The notes under the pieces were generated by a model. The model was given only the letters and a program-made list of their open reading frames with translations, was not told where the DNA came from and ran no database searches. DNA of 64,000 bases from Octopus bimaculoides (taxonomy: Eukaryota): positions 112,503,737 to 112,567,736 of the forward strand of contig NC_068982.1 in the NCBI RefSeq assembly GCF_001194135.2. Direction: 5' to 3'. The position numbers were made by a program, and so were the translations under genes. Shown here piece by piece: positions 1-15,112 of the stretch; position 1 is the stretch's first letter; every line of letters begins with the position of its first letter.

Positions 1-2330
1 CTCTTCTACCTGCTGCCTCTGCTTCTTCTTCACCCCCTTCCTCCTCCTCCTACTGCTGCTGCTGTATGTAGTAAAATTGGTACTGTAATGCTGTAAAAGT
101 GGTACTGTAAGTAAACGCAAGAACAAGGTCTGAGATAGTATATGTCTATCCAATCAAGCAAAAGAATCAAGGCCAATTGGATAGATATTTTTGCTCAAAA
201 CACGCAATAACCTTTCTCTAAGGAAATGAAAATGTTTCCCAAATATAAAAAAAACTGGAGAAAAGAGCTGGCGTAGAAGCCGATCATGAATTCAAAGTCT
301 ATGAGCCCTGTGCACTGGTAATAACGAGCATATGACGATAAAGATAAGATGGAAAAATAAAGGTGGCATACGTCCAGTGACCAGCAATCTAGAACTCCCC
401 CTAAAACATTGCATATCACAGAAACGGCAAGAAAACCGTGTGAAAAGGATCTTCTCAACTCTAAATTCCATTAATATTCTGTTCTACTCATAAAAAACGA
501 AAACTTGATGACAGATATAAAGGATATAAATGATCATTATGAGAAAAATACCAGTTTGAGAAGAGATAGTCTCCAATACCGTAGTGCGTAGAAAAGCCAG
601 TACTCTCATGAAAAACGCAGAAACGTACATCCCAAAAATTTGAGCCAACCACTATGGTATTTTTCTTGAGCGCTCTGATACTAGAATTTTCCATGGCCGT
701 ATTTAGAGTAAACAACAACAATACAAGCACAAGAAATGATAGGAGTAGGTGATGATGATCCACTTAAAGACGGGCTACTATATCTGATTTTTTTTATATA
801 TCTAAATTATACTTCATTATTTTATATCTTTTACCTATTTATTATTTTCGGTATTTATTATGGGCAGTTAAAACAATTTTTAGTCTGTTCTGCGAACGAG
901 TAGACATTATGCTTAATTTCAGAATCCACTGTTCGTCGGCCAGTCAAAAGTTTGCCATTGCGTATAAAGCTGTTGTCAATTGATTTAATTATGAAGATAG
1001 TGGTACTAATTGTATTTGGTATGGTTGGGTAGAACTTGTATTTGGCCTTCGTTAGTCATTAAAGTTTGATAGGAAGGCGAACGGGGCAAAATCGAGAAAT
1101 GTTGTCTTCCAATGAATTTTATAAAGTAGAATTGAAGGTGATGAATCTGATGTAGATGAAATGGATTTACGTCTGAAGGCAACAGTAATTCATAGTTTTG
1201 AGGTACCTTGAAACTCCTTGAATAGCAACTTATATTTCTCCCTCAGTTTCTTTGACTAGAGTAACAATATAATTATACTGGTAATCTAAACGATGAAAGA
1301 TAGCAACATGTCAAAATAATACCAAATACTAGTTAACTCTATTAAACATCTTCAAATTAATCCTTGCATCAATATTTTATCGGATATAATTTTACGTGAC
1401 TAACTCCAAGCATTTTTTATGACCAAAAATCAATGACAACTGAATGCATGTCATTTACCTAAGGACCAAGCGATTTCTGATAAAATGATTCTAAAAGAAC
1501 AAGAAAAATAATCTTTCAGTGAGAAATTAGTAATGCCAGAAATGAAATTAGAGTTGTTGTCTATAAGCTTACAGAAGCATTAAAGAAAAATATGCTAGAA
1601 CTAAACAATTACTGAATGCAAGGTTAATAAAAGAAAACTGTATATACAAAGAGAATTTTATGTTATACTTTTTACTCTGCTTGAAACAAAGAAGTCTGCA
1701 AGGTTTCCAGCTTGTGGAAATAAGAGAAATTTACTTATCCGATATGTACTGAGTGCTAAAAGGATCAATATATAAGTAATAGACAGAGATAATATTTACT
1801 ATTAGAATATTCAAGTCATACGCTCTGAAAGTCAATCGGCTAGATCTGGAAGCAACAGCTTAAAAGAAAAAGAGAAATGAATATTATATAGAAAAAATGA
1901 AGCAAGTACACAGTCGGTTGTACGGCATTACATTATAAAATGTGCACATAAATTAGCGATGATATAAACGATTGCAAGCATTACTAAATAAACAATATAC
2001 AAGTAGAATCCAGAAGGCATATTATGTTAATAAAATAAACAAGATCATAGAAAATCAACTTTAATAAAGGAAATAAATTTAACAAAGAATTACTACAGAA
2101 ATTTTAATTAGATGTGCGGTTATTATGTTTGTCTATCAATACGGACAAGCATAATATAATAGCTTTGGCGTAGACTAATGAGTGGAGTAGTTTCCCAATA
2201 TGGTCATTATGACTATTTCAACTTTTGGTTAGTTAGTCGTTTAAGGGGTTAAAAGCCAAATATATGTCATTGCTCTAGCGATTACCTATGTAAATAAATA
2301 CTTCAATGTACTTTTTGGTGATCTCTCTCT

Positions 2331-2381
<51 letters not shown>

Positions 2382-2394
2382 NNNNNNNNNNNNN

Positions 2395-2453
<59 letters not shown>

Positions 2454-4517
2454 AAAACATATATGTGTATACATGTATATACTTATACACGAACAGAAAC
2501 ATGTACGTTCATAACTGTATCTATGTGTAGATGTGGATTAAGTCACACACACAGATACACAAGTGGACCAATATGTATCTGTTCCGTGACATACAAAATT
2601 AATGATTTAGTCATTAATAATTTCGCCAAAACAAACAGTCTGGGATCAATTCAATTTAAATTTAACTATGAACAAAGACAATTTTTAGTATTACACTGCA
2701 TTTATGTACTTTTAATATTAGTTTACTAAACAACATATATTAAATGTCATGCAACATTTGACTTCAAATTTTCTTTTAATTATTCATTCAGTGTATATTA
2801 ATTGAAACTTCGTTGCATGCGTATCAGTCCACTTCTAGATAAGTGACAGCTGAGTGTTAATTTTCAGCATAATTTGTCTAGATTCGAACCGGATAGCGTA
2901 ATTCCTGGTTGCCGTGTTTTAAAGATATTTGCTTCGCGGCAAAATTTCTAGACAGCAACATCACAAACATTCAGGTATATGCATTTTTTATGTCTATTAT
3001 TTTTTTCTGTTAGATTTGAATTTATCCCATGTCAAGAGAATCAAATATAATTCCATATGTACCAATATTCTTACACTTTCTCCATTGAAGTCTCCACTCG
3101 AATTACCTTTCACAAATTGCTATCATTTCATGTTACTCAAATGGTCTTTATTCTTGTAGCAATTATTTGTTATCACATTTTTGAATTTATTGTTGAGAGG
3201 TTTCGTGGAAATTAGCAATTTATATTTTCCTGAAAATTTCAATCATTGTTTTTGTATACAATTGTTAATTATTCGAGAATGATGATCGGTCGGTAAGGAT
3301 CAAGTAGACATGTCACTATGGTGACAACATACGGTCAAGGTAGGAATTAGTAATTTGATATGTTATATAATGTTTAACGACGTATAATTAGTTGTAAGGA
3401 CAATACAGACTTACGTTGAGTAAAAGAAGAAAGGAATATATATATCAAACTTTCGATAGTCTGTTTCTGCATAATAACGACAGTGAATTGATTGCTGTAT
3501 ATTATCTATAGCAAAGAAGCTGAGTTGATTATGTACAGCATTACAGCGAGCCTATCACATGAAAACTATTATGGATATATATCCGTTGGTCAATGTCATA
3601 GACAATTTGCAGCCATCAGATTTGATTGAACTATCACTGTGTATTTACATTACTATTGATTTTCTCTTAGCGTTATATTAATTCAATATAAACAACCATT
3701 GTAATCACTGTGATTTAAATACGATATTTTGCGCAAAAAAATATCTGCTTTGATTCATCAAATAATTGTTCAGGTAGTCAATAGTAGATGTATATGCAGC
3801 TAGGATAAACATATCCCGTGACACTATCTGAATGAAAACAATAGTTGAGCAAGTGCACTAAACGTAACAAGTAATGAGAAAGAATATGTTTTGCTAAAGA
3901 GGTGTGATAAGATCGAAAAATGTCTAGACTTTTCTGTGTTTACTAAATATTAGATAACACGTAGTTCACGAAATTATGTTTTCATCTTTTTATTGTATGT
4001 ACAATTCTCATTCTTATCTAATTAATTATATTTGGGAGTAGTCACCTCATACTTTAACCAAATTTGATTAACAATAATTGTTACTCAAATAATATAACTC
4101 TATAGATTAAGTAGTTAATACTCAGTCATTGTACTCATATGATCATGTCCAACTATTAGAAGTACAGACCATTTAGTAGCATATGAAGTTTAAAACTGTG
4201 GCGCAGACTATTTAACTCTTTACGAGATTAAAGTCCTCAGCTAACATTGTTATCTACCAGAAGTAGTTTGAAATCCCATGCACTTAGAATTCGAGTTGCT
4301 TCTTCATCTCCATTGCTAAGCAGTCAAGGAATATATAATCGTCTACAAAAAGATCTAGGTGCTATATTTAACATATAAATGAACTGAACAACATGTACTT
4401 TAATGCATAAAATTTTCAACATCTTTGCTTCTTTCACAGCAAGAAACTGGGAACTGAGTTGCAATATCGAATCTAAAAGCCATTGACGTCTGTTGTTGTT
4501 CTTTTAGTAAATTCTCC

Positions 4518-4616
<99 letters not shown>

Positions 4617-4638
4617 GTATATGTGTGTGTGTGTGTGT
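4518..4638. repeat. (TA)n(TG)n microsatellite, representative of dozens of (TA), (CA), (GA), (TACA) and (TCTA) arrays across the window
   Basis: Directly visible. Most N-gaps abut such arrays. Confidence 0.95.
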
Positions 4639-5914
4639 GATAAGTAATTTCGACTTTAGGAAAAGGAAATGCAGAAATCTAGAAAATCATTCGGAAGTAA
4701 ACAAGCTACCAATTAAGTGGTATAACTAGGCTTTACTCGAGTTTTGCTCAAATACTTCACAGAATTTAACTCTCGATTCGGAGAAATGTGACCAAGACGA
4801 TGTCTGGCATGAGAAAAGTTTCTAAGTTTCACTCAACTCTCATTTTATGGATCGGATATTTGCCGAGAGATCAATCAATGGAAACACCGTTTCATAAATC
4901 CTGTGTAAATAGAACGGCCGTTATGTTTTCTATTTTCTGTTTAATAATTTTTCTCTCTCATGAGAGGATCTGTCAAGGTGGTTTGTGCATAGTCGTTCAC
5001 CCTCTGAAAAATAGCAGTCAAATGACTCACAAAACACGAATATCCGTCTTAGAAAAAGGACAGAATGTATAACATGGTACTTGGTCTGCTATTTTATATA
5101 TATAAATAGATAACCACACCTGAAAACCTTTGATTATTGGTGCGCTTGAGCAGAGCTAATCTAGGAATAACAACCTTGCATCGTATATGCATTACCGTTC
5201 GAAATAACGGCACTGAAAAGACCATCAAATATCAACTTTACATCTTACCCTCTTTCAGTTGTCACAGCATACAGTTACTGTGCACATAAAGAGCATAGTC
5301 CAATGCCTATCACCATCAAGCAGTAGATTAACTCTGAAGCACTACGGAAATTTTACACAGTAAACTGATGTGCAGCTCATATATATGGAAGTATGTGTTA
5401 CATGCATAAACATTTTTAACAATATTCCCAAAAGAGACACTTGAGCAATTAACAAATCTACAATAATGATCATATTACAAACGCTAAACGATGCAATGTA
5501 TCTCCTCTCCGCCTCTTCTATTACCTCACAATATATTATCATCATTGTCGTTTTTAACTCCAATATGTCGGAATATACTTTTCACTAATCCCTTAATTTT
5601 ACAATTATAATCGCATAGAACGTTTCTTCCCTTCCTTTATCTACTGTCACAAGACGAAGTTGATTAACAGAAGCATCAACACTGCATGTCACGTGTCACG
5701 TGGTCACTGGATCGGCTTGAAATATCATTTAATTCTGCTTCATTAATAGCCAGCACTCATCGGTGCTGGATTCCCACATTCCCTATCAGTCGAGTGAGCG
5801 ATGTCCTGCACCCGAACATTTTGTTACGCAAAAACATACCTACATACATACAGGAGTGCCAGAATGCATATATACAGCATATACATACATCCATCCACAT
5901 ACACACACACACAC

Positions 5915-5957
<43 letters not shown>

Positions 5958-6296
5958 TATGCAGGGCAGGGAATCATCAATTAGTAATAAAATTAATAAT
6001 TAACAATTTCTGCCGGGTAGCTCAGTATGAAAAAAACAATTGTACTAAATTAACNNNNNNNNNNNNNNNNNNNNNNNNNNNNNNNNNNNNNNNNNNNNNN
6101 NNNNNNNNNNNNNNNNNNNNNNNNNNNNNNNNNNNNNNNNNNNNNNNNNNNNNNNNNNNNNNNNNNNNNNNNNNNNNNNNNNNNNNNNNNNNNNNNNNNN
6201 NNNNNNNNNNNNNNNNNNNNNNNNNNNNNNNNNNNNNNNNNNNNNNNNNNNNNNNNNNNNNNNNNNNNNNNNNNNNNNNNNNNNNNNNNNNNNNNN

Positions 6297-6330
<34 letters not shown>

Positions 6331-6711
6331 AGATGATGATGAATTGTGGTGTTGATGCAACTGAGGTTCCCCTAGAATTTCGAGAGGATTATAACAGTAA
6401 TAACAAGATCAGGAGCGAGGAATTACAATTTTTGGATTAAATCTTTGGTACAGTGAATTATAATATGATGTACCTTTATATGTGTAGACATGTACATATA
6501 CATGAGTGAATTGTCATGCACGTATATGCGTATATCTAAGTAATATAATTCGTGTATTCCTTGCGGGATTTCTTTACACGATTTTTGTTACATTTAAGTA
6601 GTCAGTATTGCACCTAACTTTAATCTGTAACATATATTGACATATATCTGTAACATATATTGACATATATGTGTATATATAGTACGTATATATAATATAT
6701 ANNNNNNNNNN

Positions 6712-6745
<34 letters not shown>

Positions 6746-7663
6746 TATATATATACACACACTCACACACACACATATATACATACGTACATATGATATA
6801 TGTGTGTGTGTATGTATCTATCTGTCCACCTACCTATTTCTCCCTCCTCAACTATGTTATTCTCTCTCTCTCTCCAACTGTCTACACATATAGTCATACA
6901 TTAATTCCTAACAAAGATCCGTTTGCTTACACACATGCGCGCGCGCAAAAATAACCGCACACACATTTATATTTATATATCTGTACGTGTATATGACTTT
7001 CTGATCAAGAGAAATCAGGCTACTATAATCGATACATAATCGATAAGCATCAAGTAAATGTACTTTGACGAAAAGTTGCCAGTCCACTTAATCACAGTTC
7101 ACAAGGTAATCCTCTCTAAGTATATGTGCATTGAAAATAGTATTATGTTTTATATCATTCTAATGAAGATAAATAGCGCATTTAGCCAGAAACCATGAGA
7201 TACGGATGAAATAGAAGGACTCTGAACAGAATGAAGAAAAGGTCCCGGTAAAAGTGCTATATGGAGTGGTCCATATTAGGTAAGTTAATGTTATAAAAAA
7301 CAAGAATTGTTGATTTCTTGATAATTGTAAACAATAGTTATAAAATAATGGTCTAAGAAGAGAAACACCCAAAATATTTACCAGAGTATTTCTGTAACGT
7401 TGACACTTTTAGATTATAGTTGACATAATATTGAACCTTTAATTCTAACGTATGAGTGTAAAATCGAGTCTACTGTGCAAGACCATCAACGTGACGTGCT
7501 TGCAAGTTTGATCTCACTGGGTTGTATGTTAGGCAGCTACCATTTGCTGTAGAATTATGTTTAACAATATCAGAGTGAATGGCAACTCTACGGAAGCCCT
7601 TCATATACATGCATACATACATACATACATACATACATACATACAGACATACAGACAGACATG

Positions 7664-8048
7664 GTTACTCCACTCAGAATACAAGTTCAGGTTTATACCT
7701 GAAATTATTGGGGTATTGCCTAAATATCAATCTTGAAAAATTAGGCTTCTCAAAACCAGAAAGAAGAAAGCTAATTCAAAAACTACAGATCCAAGTTGTC
7801 AGTGAAACTGTAAAATTTGTAAAACTTTACAAAGGTATATTTGCGCATGACTAGAAATGCAACTATATGCATGCGAATACATATATAAAATAGAACATAC
7901 AAATCTGCACAAGTACCGACTCCTAATACCGCACATATACACACACACAAAAGAACACTTGTGATGTCAAAGTCCAAAGGTGCCTTGGATCTAGGTTACA
8001 AAGCAGCTCTTTATGTGCGAGAGATCGTAAAATAAGACTGAATAACAA
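7664..8048 (+). mobile_element. 3' end of an RLE-type non-LTR retrotransposon (CRE/NeSL-like), decayed, flanked by (TACA)n
   Basis: Reads LLHSEYKFRFIPEIIGV, then after a frameshift CLNINLEKLGFSKPERRKLIQKLQIQVVSETVKF. This resembles the C-terminal 'IPxIIGxLG...LQ' tail of RLE LINEs. About 200 bp of putative 3' UTR follows, and (TACA)n lies on both sides. Clade assignment is from memory. Confidence 0.6.
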
Positions 8049-8157
8049 CATACATACACACGTAGGTGCGTACGTAGTACCTACCTACCTACCTACCTAC
8101 CTATTTACATACCTACATACACACATACATACGTATGTACACACGTACATACATACA

Positions 8158-8191
<34 letters not shown>

Positions 8192-8432
8192 CATTATTAT
8201 ACACACATACTCAGATTTGCGTATGTGCGTGAATGTGTATTTATAGAAACCTGTTCCCACGTGAAGATCAGTCATCAGACCTCTGGATAGGGTAATATCG
8301 AAACTCTATATAACCAGGTGGCTTCGCAGTTTTTATAAATACACACATATTTGAACTCCGTAATCACACCATTGATTGGTTGTTACTTTGACATGTGTAA
8401 TTCGCGTGAACCGTTCAATACGCATTCATATA

Positions 8433-8476
<44 letters not shown>

Positions 8477-9242
8477 CGTGAGAGAGTCTATTTTCCGGTG
8501 AAGCAGACGTTGTGTTGCTTTGTGCAACAATTGATAATTTTACAGCTTGACACATTGCGATAAAATCGGGACAGACTGAAATAAGAAATGGTGTCGACAT
8601 AATCGACTATAACGTTCAAAGTTGGTTCTCAGCATGTAAAGTTTTACAATCAAGGATTGGAGACAGTAGAAGAAAAGAAGACATGTATTTTTACAATTTA
8701 TTATAAATTATCTTGCATTGATTATGGATAAATATGCTGTTACATTTCTCCATGCTTTCAGATCAAAGTCTTGAGTGTTATTCCGGGAAGCATCCTTGTC
8801 GTGTGAATGTTTGCTTTTCAATGTAAATTCGTGACTCACTTGCCGAAACACTTGAAGCTATACAGCTAATTTATGAGTCCTAGTTATACGTAGAAACGTC
8901 GAAGTTTTCAAAATCAACATCATCATCATCATCAACATCATCTGTCCAATCCTAGGGAAAATCAAAATCATTCTTTCCCCATTGTGACTGCATAGCAAAA
9001 TCCTTATCTGGACTCAAATTACATACACACATTCATCCCAAATAGATTCAAGGCTTTTATTTTCAATCCTTTCCTTCAAACACGTACACATCGAAATCGC
9101 CGGCAGTAACAATTATTATAATTATTACTATTGTTGTTGTTGTTATTGTTATTATCATTATTATTAACATTTCCGTCACAATTAAACTTGAATTCAAAAT
9201 ATATGCATTCCAATAATCTCCCAATCTTTAAATACATAGGAA

Positions 9243-9305
<63 letters not shown>

Positions 9306-9758
9306 AACACACGCACACATACACACAAACGCACGCACGAACGCACGTACGCGCACGCACACACACATACACACTTATGCAATTATGTGTGCGTGTGTTC
9401 ATATATATGTATATGTATATATATCTATTCGAGCCTCAATGGTTGCTTGGAGATACAAGGCATGTCATATAAAGCTGCCGAATTATTGTGTCTCCACAGC
9501 ATGGAACTATTAATAGCTGATATTGAAATACTGTGATTTGTTAAATGATATTTATCTCTCACTCGATGGAGTACTCTTTTGTTGATCCTACAAACAACTG
9601 AACTTTATGCTATACATACATACATACATACATACATACATACATACATACATACATACATACATANNNNNNNNNNNNNNNNNNNNNNNNNNNNNNNNNN
9701 NNNNNNNNNNNNNNNNNNNNNNNNNNNNNNNNNNNNNNNNNNNNNNNNNNNNNNNNNN

Positions 9759-9801
<43 letters not shown>

Positions 9802-10656
9802 GTGTCCATCTAATTTAAGTTCATGTGTATATTCTGATTATTCATAGCAAATATATTGATGCCATTTCCATTCACTTATTGGAAATGCCACATGTCATTA
9901 GCATACAGTATTGAATAGCATAGAACATTCAGTGATAGCTAACATGATATGATTCACCGCATACTTCATTACAACCATTTATGTTGACAGTTTCAGAAGA
10001 AATTTATTTCTTACCTATTAGCTGGATTGATACATTTGCTAATTACATATATGGTGGTTAGAGAGTTAGTGGGACAAGGTAGACGGTTGAAACAATCTCA
10101 AAACAATTATATATGTCTAAGAGGGCAAAGCAAATGAAATTATGAAATTAAATTTACGAAATTCACACTTTGGTCAAAAGAATTCTTATATATATTATTA
10201 AAGTAATAACAGTAACTGATATTTCGAAAGAATTACACAATCGAAATTCTAAACCAATATTATTAGATACAAGCCGAATTGTGATTGGCAAGCGGACCGT
10301 TGCTTCAGGGAAAATTGATGACAATCCAAATAAATGCAATTCATTTTGAGGTCAAGTTCGATGACAGTGATATCGCTATTTAAGGTGTCTTCAACATTCA
10401 TAGTAAGAACATTAGTCTTTCTTGACACTTCTCTCATATATTAACTGATTTCACCGATCGAATTCGTATTAAGGAAGGATAGACGATGATTTACAAGCAA
10501 AAATTCAGAAGTTTGTTAGTCACGAACTACCTGATTTGTATAGAAATAAAAATTTTGCAAATTCATTTTAAAATATAGATTTAATTAGCAACATTTCATT
10601 GGAGGCATGATTTTAAAGAATTTCTCATACATAGACATTGTTTTATATACCTATAA

Positions 10657-10699
<43 letters not shown>

Positions 10700-11419
10700 A
10701 ATATATATATATATATATATATATATATNNNNNNNNNNNNNNNNNNNNNNNNNNNNNNNNNNNNNNNNNNNNNNNNNNNNNNNNNNNNNNNNNNNNNNNN
10801 NNNNNNNNNNNNNNNNNNNNNNNNNNNNNNNNNNNNNNNNNNNNNNNNNNNNNNNNNNNNNNNNNNNNNNNNNNNNNNNNNNNNNNNNNNNNNNNNNNNN
10901 NNNNNNNNNNNNNNNNNNNNNNNNNNNNNNNNNNNNNNNNNNNNNNNNNNNNNNNNNNNNNNNNNNNNNNNNNNNNNNNNNNNNNNNNNNNNNNNNNNNN
11001 NNNNNNNNNNNNNNNNNNNNNNNNNNNNNNNNNNNNNNNNNNNNNNNNNNNNNNNNNNNNNNNNNNNNNNNNNNNNNNNNNNNNNNNNNNNNNNNNNNNN
11101 NNNNNNNNNNNNNNNNNNNNNNNNNNNNNNNNNNNNNNNNNNNNNNNNNNNNNNNNNNNNNNNNNNNNNNNNNNNNNNNNNNNNNNNNNNNNNNNNNNNN
11201 NNNNNNNNNNNNNNNNNNNNNNNNNNNNNNNNNNNNNNNNNNNNNNNNNNNNNNNNNNNNNNNNNNNNNNNNNNNNNNNNNNNNNNNNNNNNNNNNNNNN
11301 NNNNNNNNNNNNNNNNNNNNNNNNNNNNNNNNNNNNNNNNNNNNNNNNNNNNNNNNNNNNNNNNNNNNNNNNNNNNNNNNNNNNNNNNNNNNNNNNNNNN
11401 NNNNNNNNNNNNNNNNNNN

Positions 11420-11477
<58 letters not shown>

Positions 11478-14400
11478 AGACACACTCACACACACGCACA
11501 CACATACACTCACACACCTACATATATTTTCATATGTATGTACTTTATATGCATATTTATACATACATAAAATAATATATAATACATACACATATATATA
11601 TGTATATATATACATACATACGTAGATACATGTATGGGAGCATTGGTGTATACATATAAAAAGTATTCATGTGTATATGTGTATCAATATTTACAAGTAC
11701 ATATGAATACGTATATATATATATATATATNNNNNNNNNNNNNNNNNNNNNNNNNNNNNNNNNNNNNNNNNNNNNNNNNNNNNNNNNNNNNNNNNNNNNN
11801 NNNNNNNNNNNNNNNNNNNNNNNNNNNNNNNNNNNNNNNNNNNNNNNNNNNNNNNNNNNNNNNNNNNNNNNNNNNNNNNNNNNNNNNNNNNNNNNNNNNN
11901 NNNNNNNNNNNNNNNNNNNNNNNNNNNNNNNNNNNNNNNNNNNNNNNNNNNNNNNNNNNNNNNNNNNNNNNNNNNNNNNNNNNNNNNNNNNNNNNNNNNN
12001 NNNNNNNNNNNNNNNNNNNNNNNNNNNNNNNNNNNNNNNNNNNNNNNNNNNNNNNNNNNNNNNNNNNNNNNNNNNNNNNNNNNNNNNNNNNNNNNNNNNN
12101 NNNNNNNNNNNNNNNATATATATACACACATGCATATATACGTGTTTGCGAATGTCGTGTGTACGTTTGCGTTTATGTATATAAACGTGCACTCTAACAG
12201 ACTCACTGACAGTCATACATCACTTCATAACTTTTTAAGTTTGAGAAATAGTTTCCTTAACTTAATGACTTATACCAAACATGTAATTTGAACTTTACAG
12301 AATCTTCTGTTCACATAGGTTATGTATATTTACATAGAAATGAGATAACAAAATATAAAAAAAAAATAATCAAACTGCGTGCACATATGAAGTTTACTGC
12401 AGATTATCGATTTAAACAAAAGTTTATTTTTGTTCTTGATTTTTGCCTCACTTTTGCCATAAATACATATAATATCTGCTATACATATAGATGTTACAGA
12501 AAGAATTGTACATAGGTATGTTAACAATTGTATCCAGTATTTAATTACTAATGGTAAATAAACTTTGTTGTTTTTCGGAACTATTTTATAAAGTTGTCTT
12601 CATAAAGAATGCACATGCATAGCGAGTCACCGCTAAATTATGTTATAATTTGATTTGAATATATTTTACATTAGAAGTAAATTTGCATGATTTTGCATTA
12701 GCTAACGAATTCATCTAATATCCAGTTTAAAATGATCAATTTAGTCAAAAATTTCATTAAAATACTATATTGAAAATGTACTGATACGAAAATGATTAGG
12801 ATTAATTGATGCTTCATGGTGTAAAAATAAATAAAAATAAAAATGGACTTTTATTTAAAAAAAAAAATATTTGAAAATATACAAGTGTATACATAAAATG
12901 CTCGAACGGAAATTATTTTAATTATAATATTATAATTGGGAGGTAAGTATTTATTAGTATGTGTGTTATTGTGTATGCGTTCTTGTAAACCTGCTGATTA
13001 GTGCCATAAACACTATTCATACGCCTGCGCGCGTGTATTCGACGGGCAGAGTTCCATGTGTAAATCAGTATAAGCATGTACGTGTCTATAGATTATATGA
13101 CCATATCAATTTAGGGAAGAAAATATTGCTACTTAACTTTCGAGGAATGTATGCGTCGACTCTGCGGGCAAAGAGGCTACCCACAGGTAGGGGTCCAGTA
13201 CGTTTTCGTGGAACCTTCTTTTCACCATTCTTCTAACATAGTCCAAACGTGATTTGCTGTTTGGGCTCCAATACAAGACATAAACATAGCCATATGACCT
13301 ATAATGCCTTAGCTGATTGGCTGAAAAGTACTTGCATGTATTTTGTGTAATTATTTCTCTTGGAAAGAGAATAGTAAAAGTAGGAAGTGTAGAGAAAGAA
13401 AGAAGAGAAGAGAGAGGAACAGAAACAATAGTGTGAACTTGAAGAAAAATCAAAGAAAAATATCATTGGATTGACAGAAAGGTTGGAAGAACTGAAAAAC
13501 TGGTTTGTTGAAAATTACATTTCTGCTCCCCTACAACTGGACAATTATCTGCGGGAAAGAATTGGAAAATTATTGGCAAACAATTGATTTTACTTGATGT
13601 AGTATTTCTTTATCAGTTAATAAAATGGTTCAGAAAATGAAAAACGATTTCAAAATGCGAGGAATAATTAAAAAATAACTTTTAACCGAAAAGATTTTGA
13701 TGGGAAGTAAATGAATCGATTAAACTCGATTTATAAAAAAGGAAGAAAAGAGTTTAAGAAAATAAATATCATTCTATATATTTGAATGGTTTATATCTCT
13801 TCCTGCCAAAGATTACTATTATTTGTAAGGGTTTATAGATATTTTAATTGTAGCCTTCACTACATAATTATATTACAGCATTGAAAAGTTAATGATGTTA
13901 ATTTTAAGTTGGTGCTACGCAGTAATACATATACACTATAATGACTGTATATAAATATATATATATATATATATACATACGCACTATATTATGTATATGA
14001 TTGCACATATAAAGGGGAAGGCTATATAAAGAAGACTTATGTATATGATGACTAAATTTTACAAACACTAGACTTTATTAGCTGAGATAAACATACACTT
14101 ATTTTCCGTCAAAAGTATTTTACATGAAAATATGGAATAAATTGATATAGTTTTCTTACTTTTACTCACATAATACATTTTGGTTTATAGTTTGATAGAA
14201 CAAATGTTTCTGAAGTGATAAGATGTCGATTAATCTTTATAGGGACATATAGGAATATACCTAACGTGTCTTTGCTCGAAACGTAGTATACTCACACACA
14301 AAGAAGATATTCGAATTTAGAGAATTTAGAGGGGAAAAATAGTTTGGTAGTGATTATGCCAGAGAGAAGGAACGAATGAAGAAGAAAACGAAAACATGAA

Positions 14401-15005
14401 ATTTCAAAAATAGCAATCATAGAGTAAAGTAAAATCTAAGAGAATTGGAGTATGAGAACTAAAGAAATAAATTGATAAATACATAAATAAATAGAAAATA
14501 TTTTAACTGAAGAGATAAGGCATTTAACTTTAATTCTGTATTATTTTGGCAATTTGCTCGTTAGCTTCTTGATTCTGTGAGGTGAGGAGAACATTAAATA
14601 CATTTCTTTACTTCATCCTCAAGTAAATTTTCTTCACTCTCAGTCTTTTCAACCTCCTTCGTCTATGAGTTGCTGGCACAGCTGATGTTTCACATTATGT
14701 TTCTAACATACTTACAGAGAACTATAGAATCCACTATGCTACCCAAATATATGTAACCACACCACATTCGGATAGTCTAGGCTCTACTGACTTCTTTTCT
14801 CCTTTCCCTTCAAAACATACCTAATTAGATAAACTGCTACTGCAAACGTTGCGAATCAAATATTCGATTAATTCTCTATTATCGAATGACTTTAAAGGTT
14901 TCAAAAACACACCAAAATACAATGAGGAACTTTTCATGCAACAATCTCTTTGAATTATAAATACCCTTCTCCAAAACTATCATTAGGTTTTGCCTGATTT
15001 TCTTG

Positions 15006-15086
<81 letters not shown>

Positions 15087-15112
15087 ACACTGCTGCTGCT
15101 GCTGTTGCAGCC
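15006..15112. repeat. Compound trinucleotide microsatellite (CTA)n(CTG)n
   Basis: Directly visible. Source of the poly-Leu ORF in the track. Confidence 0.95.

Noticed and set aside
2880-2945. Minus-strand B-box GGTTCGAATC
   Set aside because: No convincing A-box or tRNA fold. At most a very old SINE head.
7200-7285. Strong donor AG|GTAAGT with an upstream frame KVPVKVLYG
   Set aside because: No polypyrimidine acceptor. More likely a tiny RTE remnant or chance.
8270-8320. Possible hammerheads (minus-strand CTGATGA; plus-strand CTGGATA..GAAAC)
   Set aside because: No stem II/GAAA geometry on either strand.
10607-12216. Long ORFs in the track (up to 322 aa), also at 19865-20740, 45209-45769 and 50850-51342
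   Set aside because: They are translations of N-gaps and (TA)/(CA) repeats.
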